Assembly (NCBI GenBank): GCA_004764695.1
Contig: SMSO01000006.1
Span: forward strand, 77,859-141,858
Direction: 5' to 3'
Source: Schizochytrium sp. TIO01
Taxonomy: Eukaryota > Protista > Bigyra: Labyrinthulomycetes
DNA: 64,000 nucleotides
Below are positions 1 through 11,300 of the stretch, one piece after another (the first letter of the stretch is position 1; every line of letters begins with the position of its first letter). The notes beneath the pieces are model-generated. The model was not told the DNA's origin. It did not search any database and saw nothing but the letters and a program-made list of their open reading frames with translations. Position numbers and translations under genes: made by a program.

Positions 1-281
1 TGACAGTAGGTACTTATAAGTAGAATGATAAGAGTAAGTTCTGACTAGTGGTTGTTACTAGGGTGAGTTTTGATAAGGTAATAATGCTACTAATACATAC
101 TGGTAATTATAAATACGCGCCCATCAACAGAGGCCAAGAACGAACAGAGCTTTCGACCGAACTGACCAAGCAAAGCATCAAGGTGACAGAGATAGCATCA
201 CGCCCGCTCCTCGTTTTCCTGTTCCTGCCTGCAGTATCTTTCTTTGGGTTTCGATAGCAGATACAGTATAGGCAAAGAACA

Positions 282-3180
282 ATGGGAAGCGACATCAATG
301 AAAGGAACAATATAAAGTCCTTGGAACGGTCGTGCGTTAAGCTTGTGGCTAATTACCTCGTAAAGCACCGTCACTTTGAAGCGCTACGTGAGCTAGAGCG
401 GGATGAAAAGGGGGATCTCGTGTTTTTCTCTGAACCAGACGGAGGTGGAGAAGAAGTAAACTTCATTCGAGAACTTATTCTTGAGGGCCGTTTTGCAGAT
501 GTTGAGAAAAGTTTATCAGTTTTCGATAAAGCTTCTGATTCTCTTTTTGACGTTGCTCACGCGCTTTACTGTGTACGCAAGCAACATCTTCTCGAGCTCA
601 TATGCCGGGAAGTGCCTCCTAGCGCAAAAGTTTTGCGTAGAGCATTTTGCTCAATGCGCGAGCTCAGAGTGGGATCTATCCAGGAAATGAATCAGCTTTC
701 TATTCACATGACAAATATGTCTACTCCCAAAGCATGGAACTTAATGCAAGGTCGTTACGAATGTGTTAACGAATTGCTGCATGAATGTGGGCTTGTAAAT
801 TTTGCGAAAATGCCTGAGATGTGTTTGCTGTTGCGAGCTAATGGTCCTCAGGTCTCCCAACTCGCTCGCCTTGTTCAGCTTGATCTTCGCATGGGCGCTA
901 TTCCCGCGCAAGAAGAGGAGGGAGTTTACGAGGATTTTTTCTCAAAATCGTTTGGGTATGATGATAACGGCGATCAAACCTTTGCAAAAGACCAATTTCT
1001 ACAGCAGGATCACGAGACTGAGATATCTGCTACTTTGAGAAATGGGAATGATTTAAATAGACGACAACCAATACCTCGTTCCGCAAAATCACAAACACTG
1101 GAAGTAAACAACTACGCGAGTAATGTTTGTCTATTACCTGCTGATGTTCATACAAATGCAAAGGGTATCGCCTTCGACATTGTGTTAGATGACGTCGTTG
1201 CACAACGCCTCGCATCAGATGCTCCACTATCCATGCAACGAGCTGCTCAGGTCTCACCATTAGCCACGACATATGCTAAGCGAAACTCTTATCGCCAAGA
1301 AGAGAAACCCTCTGCCTCTCAAGACATAAAAGCTGACGCTGTTCACTCAAAAGACTTAAAAGGAGGCAAGCTGAAGCTTACCAAGGTCATCAGCAAACCT
1401 TGTCCAAAAAAAACGAGAATGGTTTTGCTGATCAATTCGTCGGAAGACAAAGAGCAGGTAATAAAGAGCATCATAATCATAACACCGATGTGGAGTCAAT
1501 TTCAGGAATTTATACTTCACCAAAAACCTCTGTCTATTCTTCGAACGAACCTCCAGAAACAGCGGAGAAAATAGAGGAACCTCTACAGAAATGCCCAGGA
1601 AAAGATGATGAAGCACTTTCGTCTCAAATTGAGCGACTCTCTGCAGAGCTGGAACATATGAGGGCCCAATTATCTAGTGATAAGAAAAGAGATCTCAGTG
1701 ACAGGGACGACAACGACGAGAATGACAGAACTAGTGTTTTGCGCAACAATGCTGAGGATACTTGTGATTTATTCGACCAGCGTAAGTTTCAGGAAGGAGA
1801 CGAATTTCTAGCGCCTGAAGCGAGTCCCCAACAACATTCTCTCGGTGCGTTGCTACCGACTGTACTGACAGGTAATGCAAGTAAGTCTATGCGTGCACCA
1901 CTGTCCGACTTAAATTCATCTTCAAAAATGCAAGATGCGGCTGAGCGATCAGGTAAGACTGGCGTACAAAGGGGCAGTATTAAAGATAAGGTGGCTGTGA
2001 CAGGCGATAAAATAGCTCTATTGCGTGATCAATGGGAAGATTTGCCTGAGGATAAGTCTCCCGATATTTTCTCTTTAGCACAAGATTATCATCCTAGTTT
2101 GTGTCTACTAGAAGAAAATGGTCAACCTATTCGTGCAATGGCTGTGGCACATGGACGCATCGCATTTGGGACAAATGGTCAGAACGTCTCTATATCGCAA
2201 CTCCCAGACGTTAAAACCCTCCGTGGACATGCAGAAAGGTCCGAAACTCTCATCGCACGACAAATAGTTCATAGTTCAGTTTGGCCCAGGGAGATGTGCA
2301 ACCTATCAACTTTCCGCATTTAGGTTATAGACGTGAAATTCCTGATCTCAGACTTCATGGGACTTTACTCAATGCTCAACGTGCGCATCATGGAAGTGTG
2401 TACTGCCTTGATTGGCATGGCGGCGTCATTGCGTCCGGATCCAATGACAAGACTGTGAAGATTTGGATGTACCAAGACAATGTAAGTAAAAACGTAGAGC
2501 TAAAGCCCTTGCATACCCTTTTAGGTCATAAGAGTACGGTTCGTGCGGTACGATTCGTGAACGATGGGAAGTCAATTGCTTCTGCCGGAGGAGGGGATAA
2601 TGCTATTCGCTTTTGGGATTCGGCAACTGGAAAATTATTGGGTCTCTTGCGTGGTCACAGCGGAGCGGTTCTTTCCTTAGATGCTTCTCTCTCTCACCAG
2701 CTGCTATCTGGCGCAGGTGATGGCACGATTCGATGCTGGGACACACGCACAGAGTCAATGTCTCTTCAGGATAATCTGTTTATGAAGTCAGCAAGTCTAT
2801 CGCTTCGCCCTGAAGCAAATCAGCACAATATTCACGCGGTTTCAAGCTGCAGAGATGCACCTTGGCTGGTGGCATCTGGGCATGAAGATGGTATCTGCAG
2901 ATTGTGGGACCTGCGTATGCAGAAACTTTTAGTGCAGTCTCAAGTTCACGATGATGAAGTTCGCTCCCTGTCCTTGAGCCGCTGTGGAAAGTGGCTTTTG
3001 ACTGGGTCTTTTGACGGAACGGTAGCTTTGATTGATACGAATACTAGCACGCCAGGGATCCTCTCTCGTTTCGAGGCTCATCGTGATAAAGTCTTGCAAG
3101 TGGGCTGGCTTCCAGATTGTCTTTCATTTGTAAGTACAAGTGCTGATTCGACAGCAAAGCTCTGGTCTTGCCATGCATAG
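282..3180 (+). CDS. WDR47: WDR47/nemitin-like LisH-CTLH + WD40 protein, split over three ORFs (282-1574, 1400-2323, 2281-3180) by two -1 frame breaks
   Basis: N-terminal CVKLVANYLVKHRHFEALRELERD...FIRELILEGRFADVEK...CVRKQHLLELIC resembles the WDR47 LisH/CTLH region. ORF2 ends with the first WD blade (LEENGQPIRAMAVAHGRIAFGTNGQ). ORF3 continues HHGSVYCLDWHGGVIASGSNDKTVKIW and further GH..WD repeats. The ORFs overlap in successive -1 frames. Confidence 0.75.
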
Positions 3181-3687
3181 CTGTAGATAAATTAGAAGAG
3201 ATTGATTATGTAGGGCTGAAGGCTTCCTTCCCTGACTTTTCATTGATCGCAAAGATTCTTACTTTGAGAAAATTAGCCGATTTTAATCTAAAAATGGTAT
3301 ATGTGTTTATCAAACTTTTCAGGCGAAGCAAATGAATTGTCTTCCTTAGTTCAAAACATTCTTTGTCACTACATTTGATCCGGGTTCATATGTTGCTTCA
3401 ATTTCGTATCCAGGCCAACTCACAGGTCAGTGTCGGGCCGACCTCACTTTGGCAATTTATAAATAATAATATAAAAAGATGCAGGTGCGGAATAGTAATT
3501 TGTATTTAAAAAATAAAAGTAAAAGTAAAAGTAAAGCAAGGTTGTGAATTGGTTTCATAGCTTGTTAATAAAAATAGGAAAACAAAAACAAAACCTTTTA
3601 ATTTTTATTTTAATTAAAATAAATCTTTATTTTTTTGAGGAAAAAAGAAAAAGAAAACATTTCTCAAACCAAACAGCTCCAATGCGG

Positions 3688-6507
3688 TTATTCGTACTGG
3701 ACTGTGACCAGCATGAACTCACTCATTTTGAAGTTTATCTGAAAGTAACCCCCACTTAAAGTAGATACAGACACCTCTCCAGAGGTTGCTGAGGAGGTTG
3801 GTGACGTTACAACTGCTCGAGTAATTGATTTTCCAGCAGAGTGCATGGAAAGAAGCTGCAACTTGACTGTCTGCACATTTGATTTTGCAGGCTGCTTGAG
3901 GCCCGCATAATTCACAACATAAAGGTGTTGAACGTTGTCATATACATCAGAGGCTTCAACAAGGATGTAGCTACCCGAGGCAACGATTATGTTTTGGTTG
4001 ATGTGGCTGAACAAGAACGACTCAAGCGTCTCGAGGAATTTTGTTTGCTTTTTGGTAGACTGAAACACATCTTCTGGGCTCCATGATGACTTGTAGTAGC
4101 CATACCCATCGCCCACTGAGGCAGGGGTAGACCCGAAATTGTTGAGTGTAGCCTTCAGTGGGTTATTGGCTGTGCTCACAGACTCACCGTATCCAGAGAT
4201 CGAAGCTGGGGTCACGCTGCCCGAGGCCAATAGAATACCTCCTGACTCTACCCAAGTATTGATGACAGAAGCTGCATCTTCGCTAAGAGCAGGGACAGTG
4301 GGAAGCCACAAAACAGATATACCTTCGAGGTCAGCGGAGGTAAGGCTTGCTTCAGGCACAATTTTGAAAGGAACATGTAACAGCTGTAGCGCATAACTTG
4401 CACCACGGTAGCCAGCAAGATGTGGGCATTTGGAAAGAGCATCCCATTTGGAATCAGCCCACCATTCAATCTTTTTATTTGGTCGTTTGTAGTCCCAAAA
4501 CATCCCGTAGCCGCACTCCTTGTACAAGTCGTAAAGGTCTCGGGAGCTGGAGCTGTGAAGAACCGCCACTTCGGCACGTCGAGGAACATTAAAGATCTCG
4601 CACGCAACGTCTTCAAGCCATGTGAACCATTTTGTACGAAAGCTCGAGCCAACAGAATCACTAATGTATGGAGCTTTGTGCTCGAGTGGGTTTGTCCCAA
4701 CCGCAAGAGCTCCAGCCATGACAATTCCAGCATCGGCAGTCGAGTATCCTATCGAAAAAGCCCAGGTGGGACGATCTCTATCGCAGCCACGAGCAAACTT
4801 ACGCATTGTAATTTGGTTCCCAAAGTCATGGCGAGATCCAAATTTCATTGCTGTATCTTCGCTGACAGAGTCGATTTCCCAAATATGGCCCATATTCGTG
4901 GTATTGAATGTCTCCATTAAGGCTCCATCAAGCCCAGCTTTGGTAGCGTCATAATCATTTGGATACTGTTCCACTTGAATTAAAAAATTGCTGTCCAAAG
5001 CAGCTCTTACCTTTGCGAGAAAATTGCCTAAAGCAAAATGCCTCCAGACTAACCAGTACTTGAATTCATCCTGGGTCGAAGGCTCATCTTTTGGACTGGG
5101 CATATCTGGGAGGCTGCAGCCACTGGTTCCACAAAGGCCCCGGGCCTTACTCCAAGCCTTAAAGGATGTGGCATCATCGTCACTACCCAAAATCCATGGG
5201 CTATTTTCATATGACTGCAGAACAGGGACGTCAAGCACAACGCCTGCGGCGCCAGTGGCCGCGAGCTGGCTCAAACGCCCAACCATATACTCAAAATATC
5301 CCTGACTTGTTGGAGACATCCAAGCATCTTCAACATCTGCCTCCAACCAAAATGCTTGCGACCCATACACGAGGTTTTCCGAGCCATCAAGACGAATTTG
5401 CAGCCAGTCCGGATGCTCTTTTCCGAATGTGTCATCCAGGTTTTCACCATTTTCAGTGATCACTTCAAGGGAGGGATAGTATATCATAACTTTAACACCA
5501 AGTTCCTCTGCGTCTGCAGAGAAATTTCCTATCCATTGCAGTTCCTCTTCAAATTGGGCATCCGGGCGATAATAACTTGACATCGGTGAGTCATACAGAA
5601 TTGTTGAGCATCCTTGATCAATCTTTGCTTGAATAAGGGATTTGCGCTCCTTCTGAGTGAGTGAGGTTTCTACGTAGATACCACACATGGATGTGGCATA
5701 TGACCACTCCGCGAAGTCTGTACGAAGTGGTAATGGGCAGGTGTATTCAATAATTCCTGCGCCAGCTTGCCCAACAGTGCCTTCACCTGCACTACTGTCA
5801 TTTCCATCACCGGTGTAATCATCACCATTATCCGTGTTATCACCAGAGTCATCATCAGAGTCATCATCAGAAACTTGAAGAGTCACACAGACCTGAATAT
5901 AGTCTATTTGAAAAGCGTCCTTCTTGTTATTCGAAGAGAGTTTGAGCGTGAGCGTGCTACTGGAAGGGAGTTCAATGTCGCTGATAGTTGACTCTTCTGC
6001 AAGCCAAACCCATTCGCGAGCTTCTGCATTGGTAGCGATCTGTTGATATGATCCACTACCATCGAGAACGCTCAGCAACCAATGTTGCTTCGCCCAGTTC
6101 TCACCACGATAGTTCCATTGCATGGTAAAGTTTAGAGTTGTTGACAGGTCAATATTCTCATCAAATGTAAAATAAATTCCGTAAGTTGCGCCACTGCGCT
6201 TGGGATTGAACTCTACATAGTCAGAAGAAAAGCTGCCTGACTCATCGTTCGCCAAAGGGTCACTGATATCCCCCTCAAGGTTGGCTGCGGTTTGGCCACT
6301 TCCGATCGAACCTTTTTTTTTATTGAGGGTCGCCACAGAGCTTGGTGCAGCACAGACTGTACTGGTCGTCGTTGTCAATGCACGGCCATCGACATGGCCT
6401 GTTAAAAGTCGTGATCCTTTCACCCCTTGATGAAACTCAACAAGAATAAGAATTGAGAGTACCACAAAGGCAAGCACAGATCGTGGGATCCCTAATCTGT
6501 TCTGCAT
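3688..6507 (-). CDS. Secreted glycoside-hydrolase-like protein: signal peptide, beta-sandwich-like domain, Asp-rich linker, TIM-barrel-type GH domain, beta-galactosidase trimerisation/class I GATase-like domain
   Basis: 973-codon ORF with first ATG at 6507 (MQNRLGIPRSVLAFVVLSILILVEF, hydrophobic leader). Motifs AEELGVKVMIYY, EHPDWLQIRLDG, LAATGAAGVVLDVP, RAEVAVLHSSSSRD and ALQLLHVPFKIV...DLEGISVLWLP...AASVINTWVESGGILLASG are typical of GH42/GHL-like architectures. Confidence 0.7.
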   Translation of the reverse strand: MQNRLGIPRSVLAFVVLSILILVEFHQGVKGSRLLTGHVDGRALTTTTSTVCAAPSSVATLNKKKGSIGSGQTAANLEGDISDPLANDESGSFSSDYVEFNPKRSGATYGIYFTFDENIDLSTTLNFTMQWNYRGENWAKQHWLLSVLDGSGSYQQIATNAEAREWVWLAEESTISDIELPSSSTLTLKLSSNNKKDAFQIDYIQVCVTLQVSDDDSDDDSGDNTDNGDDYTGDGNDSSAGEGTVGQAGAGIIEYTCPLPLRTDFAEWSYATSMCGIYVETSLTQKERKSLIQAKIDQGCSTILYDSPMSSYYRPDAQFEEELQWIGNFSADAEELGVKVMIYYPSLEVITENGENLDDTFGKEHPDWLQIRLDGSENLVYGSQAFWLEADVEDAWMSPTSQGYFEYMVGRLSQLAATGAAGVVLDVPVLQSYENSPWILGSDDDATSFKAWSKARGLCGTSGCSLPDMPSPKDEPSTQDEFKYWLVWRHFALGNFLAKVRAALDSNFLIQVEQYPNDYDATKAGLDGALMETFNTTNMGHIWEIDSVSEDTAMKFGSRHDFGNQITMRKFARGCDRDRPTWAFSIGYSTADAGIVMAGALAVGTNPLEHKAPYISDSVGSSFRTKWFTWLEDVACEIFNVPRRAEVAVLHSSSSRDLYDLYKECGYGMFWDYKRPNKKIEWWADSKWDALSKCPHLAGYRGASYALQLLHVPFKIVPEASLTSADLEGISVLWLPTVPALSEDAASVINTWVESGGILLASGSVTPASISGYGESVSTANNPLKATLNNFGSTPASVGDGYGYYKSSWSPEDVFQSTKKQTKFLETLESFLFSHINQNIIVASGSYILVEASDVYDNVQHLYVVNYAGLKQPAKSNVQTVKLQLLSMHSAGKSITRAVVTSPTSSATSGEVSVSTLSGGYFQINFKMSEFMLVTVQYE

Positions 6508-7718
6508 GGTGCCCAGCTTTCTGGTACGTGCAAGATCTAAAGGCTGATCACAATCAGCCCAAAGGTGATTGGGCAAATCAATGAATGGTTTTTGCTGGTC
6601 AATTTTCAAAAGGTTTGCTCACGAGCATTCACGTGCTTGTTAGTATTTATGGTGCGTTATTTCATCAGTATTGGTGAAATTTGCATCATTGGTCTTTAGC
6701 CAGACAGACCTATGCACTTTAAGCACGGGATCACGACTTTTGACGAAATAATAGAAGTGTTCCAGCAGGTAAAACACTTTTTAATTATGATCATGATAAT
6801 GATTAATATTATGATTATGATTATTACTAGGATTTTTTCTTTCTTTCTAAAATTAATAAAAAAGTTAATTAAAAAACAAAGTTGAACTGAAAAATCGTAT
6901 CAAATAAATGTGGAATGAAGGTAACTACTACTAGTATTGGGAGCATCAGACAGTAGTAGTATCAAGCTTCGAACTTTATTCTCATTCAGAGTAAATGTTC
7001 TCAACTACTAGTATCAATAGAGCTGTGAATGACTTCTGCCAGTGTCTGATTTACTTATCTCTTAGTTGATAAGCTAAACTTTGATCATGATCTTTGTTAT
7101 TTCTTGGCCCTCTGATCAAAACTAAAGTGAAAAGAAAAAGACCCCGCTCCGAGGGCGAAATCGCAGGGCAAAGACACGAAGAATTTCGTCAGTGTGCACC
7201 CAGGACTTCTTAGTCCAAAAAGTGGTATTTCAGATGTTATAATGACCATCAATTCATAAGTTATCATGATAGGTGACACCTTGAGCTTTGACTGAAGGAT
7301 GTCATAGCATACCCTAAACAACCATGAACAAGATGGGCCCTGAAACACTTTTTTTCTTCGTTCTAAAAAATTAAATAAAAATTAAATAAAAATTAAATGA
7401 ATTTAGAGGCTGAGCTAAATAATACTACTACTAGATCAAAACTTGCTCAGCCTACATTTTTTTTTGAGATTGTCAGTGAAGGGTAGAAGTAAATAATCTC
7501 TTACAATACAAGCAACTAGACCAATTTCATGATTGCGGCAACTCAGGTTCTGTCATCATTGCAGGATGCCTTGTAAGTCCGAGCGGCCAGAGTCTTGATG
7601 CTGAACGAACTAGTTTAATCCTTTCATTGTTGAATGCTGCGACACAATTTGTTGGTCTGAAGTGTAATACATCCGTCGTGAGTAGCCCTGACGGAGAAGA
7701 CCTGACGGAGGAGACGAA

Positions 7719-7720
<2 letters not shown>

Positions 7721-7749
<29 letters not shown>
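7721..7749. repeat. Poly-T run (29 nt) preceded by a short tandem duplication CCTGACGGAG(A/G)AGA
   Basis: Seen directly in the sequence. Confidence 0.9.
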
Positions 7750-7755
<6 letters not shown>

Positions 7756-8268
7756 AATTAAATTAAAAGTTTTAATTTTTAGGCCTACTAAACTATTACT
7801 AGACACCTACCTACCTACCTATCTCATATTGCGTATATAAATGAATTACCATGGTACAATGACTACGGGGTAGCTCGGTAAAAGAACCGCTCCATCTATT
7901 GGATAATGTGCTTTAACTTGAGTTTTAACTCATTCATGCAAAAGAGATGGTTGGAATAGCATTAGTGAGTGTGCCAAAGAACCGAATCAAACTTTCTAGT
8001 CGTTGTTTTTTCAAGCGTAGGTGTGCGAAAGCATGGTACGTCGAGGATACACTTTCTGTTGGAGAGTCGATGCCAGCATGAGGGCCACTCCTGGCGTTTT
8101 GGCTAGCTAGAGACCATGTGTATTATATGTAAGATATTTAACTTTGAAACTCTCAAGCCAAGGACACCTTTCGAAACACAAAGAACCGTCTGAATGGAAG
8201 ACATTTCTCTTCAAAGTAGAAAGGCATTAGTACTAGCACTAATAGTATATTTATTCCTTCTATCGCAT

Positions 8269-8804
8269 GAGTGATTGTTTTGACTTGAGTTTGTTGCCCA
8301 AGTTAAAAGATGTTAAGTCAGTACCTCTGATTAGTGAGAGTGCTTCTTTCTTTCTCCTCTCTTTCTTTTTTTTTTCTCCTTTTTTTTGAATCGTCAGCCC
8401 AAGAGATTCCTAGACAATCTTTGGAGTTACAATATTTGGATGGCCTTCTCGTCACGTAACTATGTAATTTGGGATGCCATTCCAACCACTCTTGCTAAAG
8501 TAATGGCAGATAGAATCGTTTCCAATAACACTGTAACCTCCTCAAGTTCCAGCTACAGCCACAGACAGGTAGGTCACCTGCCTGGTACCTTCCTAGGTTT
8601 GTACTTTGAACGAGTTATTTTTTTCTCGAACTTAAGTTGGGTGTCATCAGTAGAGTTTTAAAGTCAAAAGGAGGGAGACACTTCAGTGTTAGTTCCTGGC
8701 AAAGAGGCAAGTACAGTGCTTGGAACTTGCGTGATTAGCGCACTCTCGCTACTCAGAGGTACTCCTACGAATCTTTTTACTTTGGTAAAACTCAACTTGA
8801 AGTC
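8269..8804. repeat. Inverted pair of the ~75-bp dispersed repeat (arms 8269-8343 + and ~8740-8804 -), MITE-like
   Basis: Left arm GAGTGATTGTTTTGACTTGAGTTTGTTGCCCAAGTTAAAAGATG...GTACCTCTGATTAGTGAGAGTGC. The reverse complement of the right arm reads GTTGAGTTTTACCAAAGTAAAAAGATT...GTACCTCTGAGTAGCGAGAGTGC. Confidence 0.7.
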
Positions 8805-9344
8805 GGCTGGACTGCCATGATGACAAAAGTCTCTTCCAACTAAGCAAAAAACTCGTGGTAGAACCACTAGGAGTTAGTATAGAGGGTATTCGGAACGTTC
8901 TAGAACGATGTTCTGTTCTAAACCAACCAAGAGTCCATCAAACATGTAATTTCTGCAAGCATTTCAACTGACTTTGGTCTTAATCCCTAGCTAGTTTACG
9001 TAAACGTGCGATGTTCTAGTAAAATCGTTGAGCTCTATCTCACTTTTCTGCACACAACTGAGGATTTGGTACGTAAAGTTCACAAGCAAAATAGTAGCAC
9101 TTCTCAAATTGTGGTTTTTCAAGACTGTGCGGTTGATATTCAATAGACAAATCCATGAGATAAGCGTACAGGCCTCTTCACATATCAATGATAACTACAT
9201 AATAACTAAACTTGATTCTCTAGTAGATTAAGATGTAAACATTGGACTTTATAATCATATAGTGTTTTTACCACAACTTGTGGTTGAAGGTTTCAAAACA
9301 TGACTGAACAGCTGATGTAGCATTTTAAATTTGAAGAAAGTTGA

Positions 9345-9940
9345 AATAGCACAGAGAGGAATTCACTTTTTTTTTTCTCCTCCATATTTTCAACTCATCT
9401 ACATTGATAAGTTATGAACAGATATTGCATCTTAAAGTTTACACAAACTCACCTCATTCTTCATTTGTGAGTGACTGGCTAAATACCCTTTCGTCTAAAA
9501 CTACAATCGCATAAAGTGTACTATTTGATCAATCATTCCTTTGACTACTATGTTTTATAGCATAACTTACTTATCCATTCTTAATTAGTATTTGCAAGTT
9601 GTAAATAGATACTAACAGCACAGAAAGAAGGATGTTTCTCACTTATTTTCCTGTTCCATATTTCCTGCTCACTTATATAGATTCTGGACAAACTTTACAT
9701 TTATACATTTATAGTAAAAAGTTTACATTTTTAGTTTTTTAATTAAAAGGATAGGATGTAGTAAATATAAGCTAACTTGTAGAGAACTAGGCGAGTTTAG
9801 GTGCGTTCTAAAATGCAAATTATAGTGTTTGTACATAGTAAAAACAGCACAGAATGAGAGATGTTTCTCACTTTTCTTCTGTTTCATGTTTTCATTCAAT
9901 CATATCTAGATTATCTAAATAAGCCTTGCATTTCAAACCT
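9345..9940 (+). repeat. Three degenerate direct repeats (~100-nt cores starting ~9345, 9614, 9843)
   Basis: Shared core AA(C/T)AGCACAGA...TCACTT...CATRTTT...TT(G/A)CAT, spaced about 270 and 230 nt apart. Copies 2 and 3 also share GATGTTTCTCACTT. Confidence 0.7.
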
Positions 9941-10199
9941 CATCTATTGACCTAGCTCTTCGCATTTATATTGCAGAATTATTTCAACTTCACCCAGTCG
10001 TAAAATTGTCGAGCTCTTTGCCCAAATTCACATTACATGGCATTACCCTTTCTTGTCACGCATTCACAGATATAGCACCTGCATAATTTGAGAAAATCTA
10101 CGGGCCTCATTTGAGAGGAACGCAAGGCTTGGGACTTTCTGATTCACTTTTACAGGGACAAACCGAAGAGAAACTCTACTAATTCATTATATATTTAAT

Positions 10200-11300
10200 T
10201 TGCAACTAAACTTTCCACATAGAGCCACACAGTGAATTCCACAGCATTGCGACACCCTTAAGTATGGCAGGGATATCTTCCCTTCAGTGCATTACCCCTC
10301 TTAGGCGCAGCGACGATGAGACGTCATCCAAAAGCAAATTAGCAATATTCAGGAGCTCCTCTATCAAATCGTGATCTTGAATCAAGCCAAAAAGGGGTCT
10401 ATGGCCCCACGACTTTGCCGAAATGTTACTTCTCCTCCACTTAGGGAGGTAAGTAGTGTCGCGAAAGTCAGGAAGGCTCGTTCCGCAAAACTAAGTTGAT
10501 GTCTATTCGACTCCGGGACTCGTATCGACGGTTTGTTGTCACTTTTACGACAGAGAACACACCATTCTTTTCAACCTTCAATACTTTCAGCCCCAACCAA
10601 ATCCGTGTTGAGTTCGTTCCTATACCTCAGGGTAACGAACATGGCGGCAACTTCGGGATAGTCCGTAACTTCAAAGGTTACACACCACGGAGGACTATTC
10701 GTTCAAACTGGATCCTCTCCAGGACATTTGATAAAACAAAAGCATTGCAGTTGCGGTGAATCGAATATGCACAAACAAGAAACTCGTTTCCTCGTCACCC
10801 TCGACTCAACAGAGACCAAGGATCAGCTCCAACTTTATACAATAGACCATTCGTTCTGTAGTCAATACATTGCGACCCCTAGCAAAAACCTCATAGACTT
10901 TCTTCACGACCCTGAGCCTTACCCGACTGTCCAGACCAAACTTTGGACAGTCCCTAACATCGAAGTTACGCATTACCCAGTACTCACAGAACAAAGAAAG
11001 CCCATCAAAATGCTTTGTCTGATGTCCAACAGTATATTGACACCTGAGACTCTGCTTCGATCTTCTTGTATGTAATTACGTTCCCGGACAACACTCTTCA
11101 CACAATCTCCTATGCACGTGCTGCCCAGAATCTACGTAACCTCTCCAAGGACGAAAACCGTCTTTCTCCTCCAAAAGAGTCCATGTCATAATGTTGGATG
11201 GTTACCTATTCTTTGCCACCTGGATCTGAAGTTTTTTTGGGCCTTCAAGATAAAAGGCCTGGGAAAGTCTCCATTCATATCTCCAGCTGATCGCGGGTTC
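10200..11300. pseudogene. Decayed coding-like segment of unknown family (strand uncertain; minus reads more protein-like)
   Basis: Higher-GC, non-repetitive island in an AT-rich spacer. Minus-strand frames read through stops: FCEYWVMRNFDVRD...LGLC*VEGDEETSFLF, PPWCVTFEVTDYPEVAAMF...IEG*KEWC, GLIQDHDLIEELLNIANLLLDD...MH*REDIPAILKG. Confidence 0.3.

Noticed and set aside
1458-1505. GTAATA...TTTCAG candidate intron to repair the first WDR47 break
   Set aside because: It is 48 nt, a multiple of three, so it cannot change the frame.
7686-7720. Hammerhead-ribozyme-like CTGACG...CGAAA
   Set aside because: The core is CUGACGG, not CUGANGA, and no consistent stems II and III form.
7866-7895. tRNA-like 5' end GGGGTAGCTCGGTAAAAGAACC
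   Set aside because: No T-arm (GTTCRA) or acceptor-stem partner follows.
9345-9940. CRISPR-like repeat-spacer array
   Set aside because: Eukaryotic context, long divergent repeats, irregular spacing and no cas genes.
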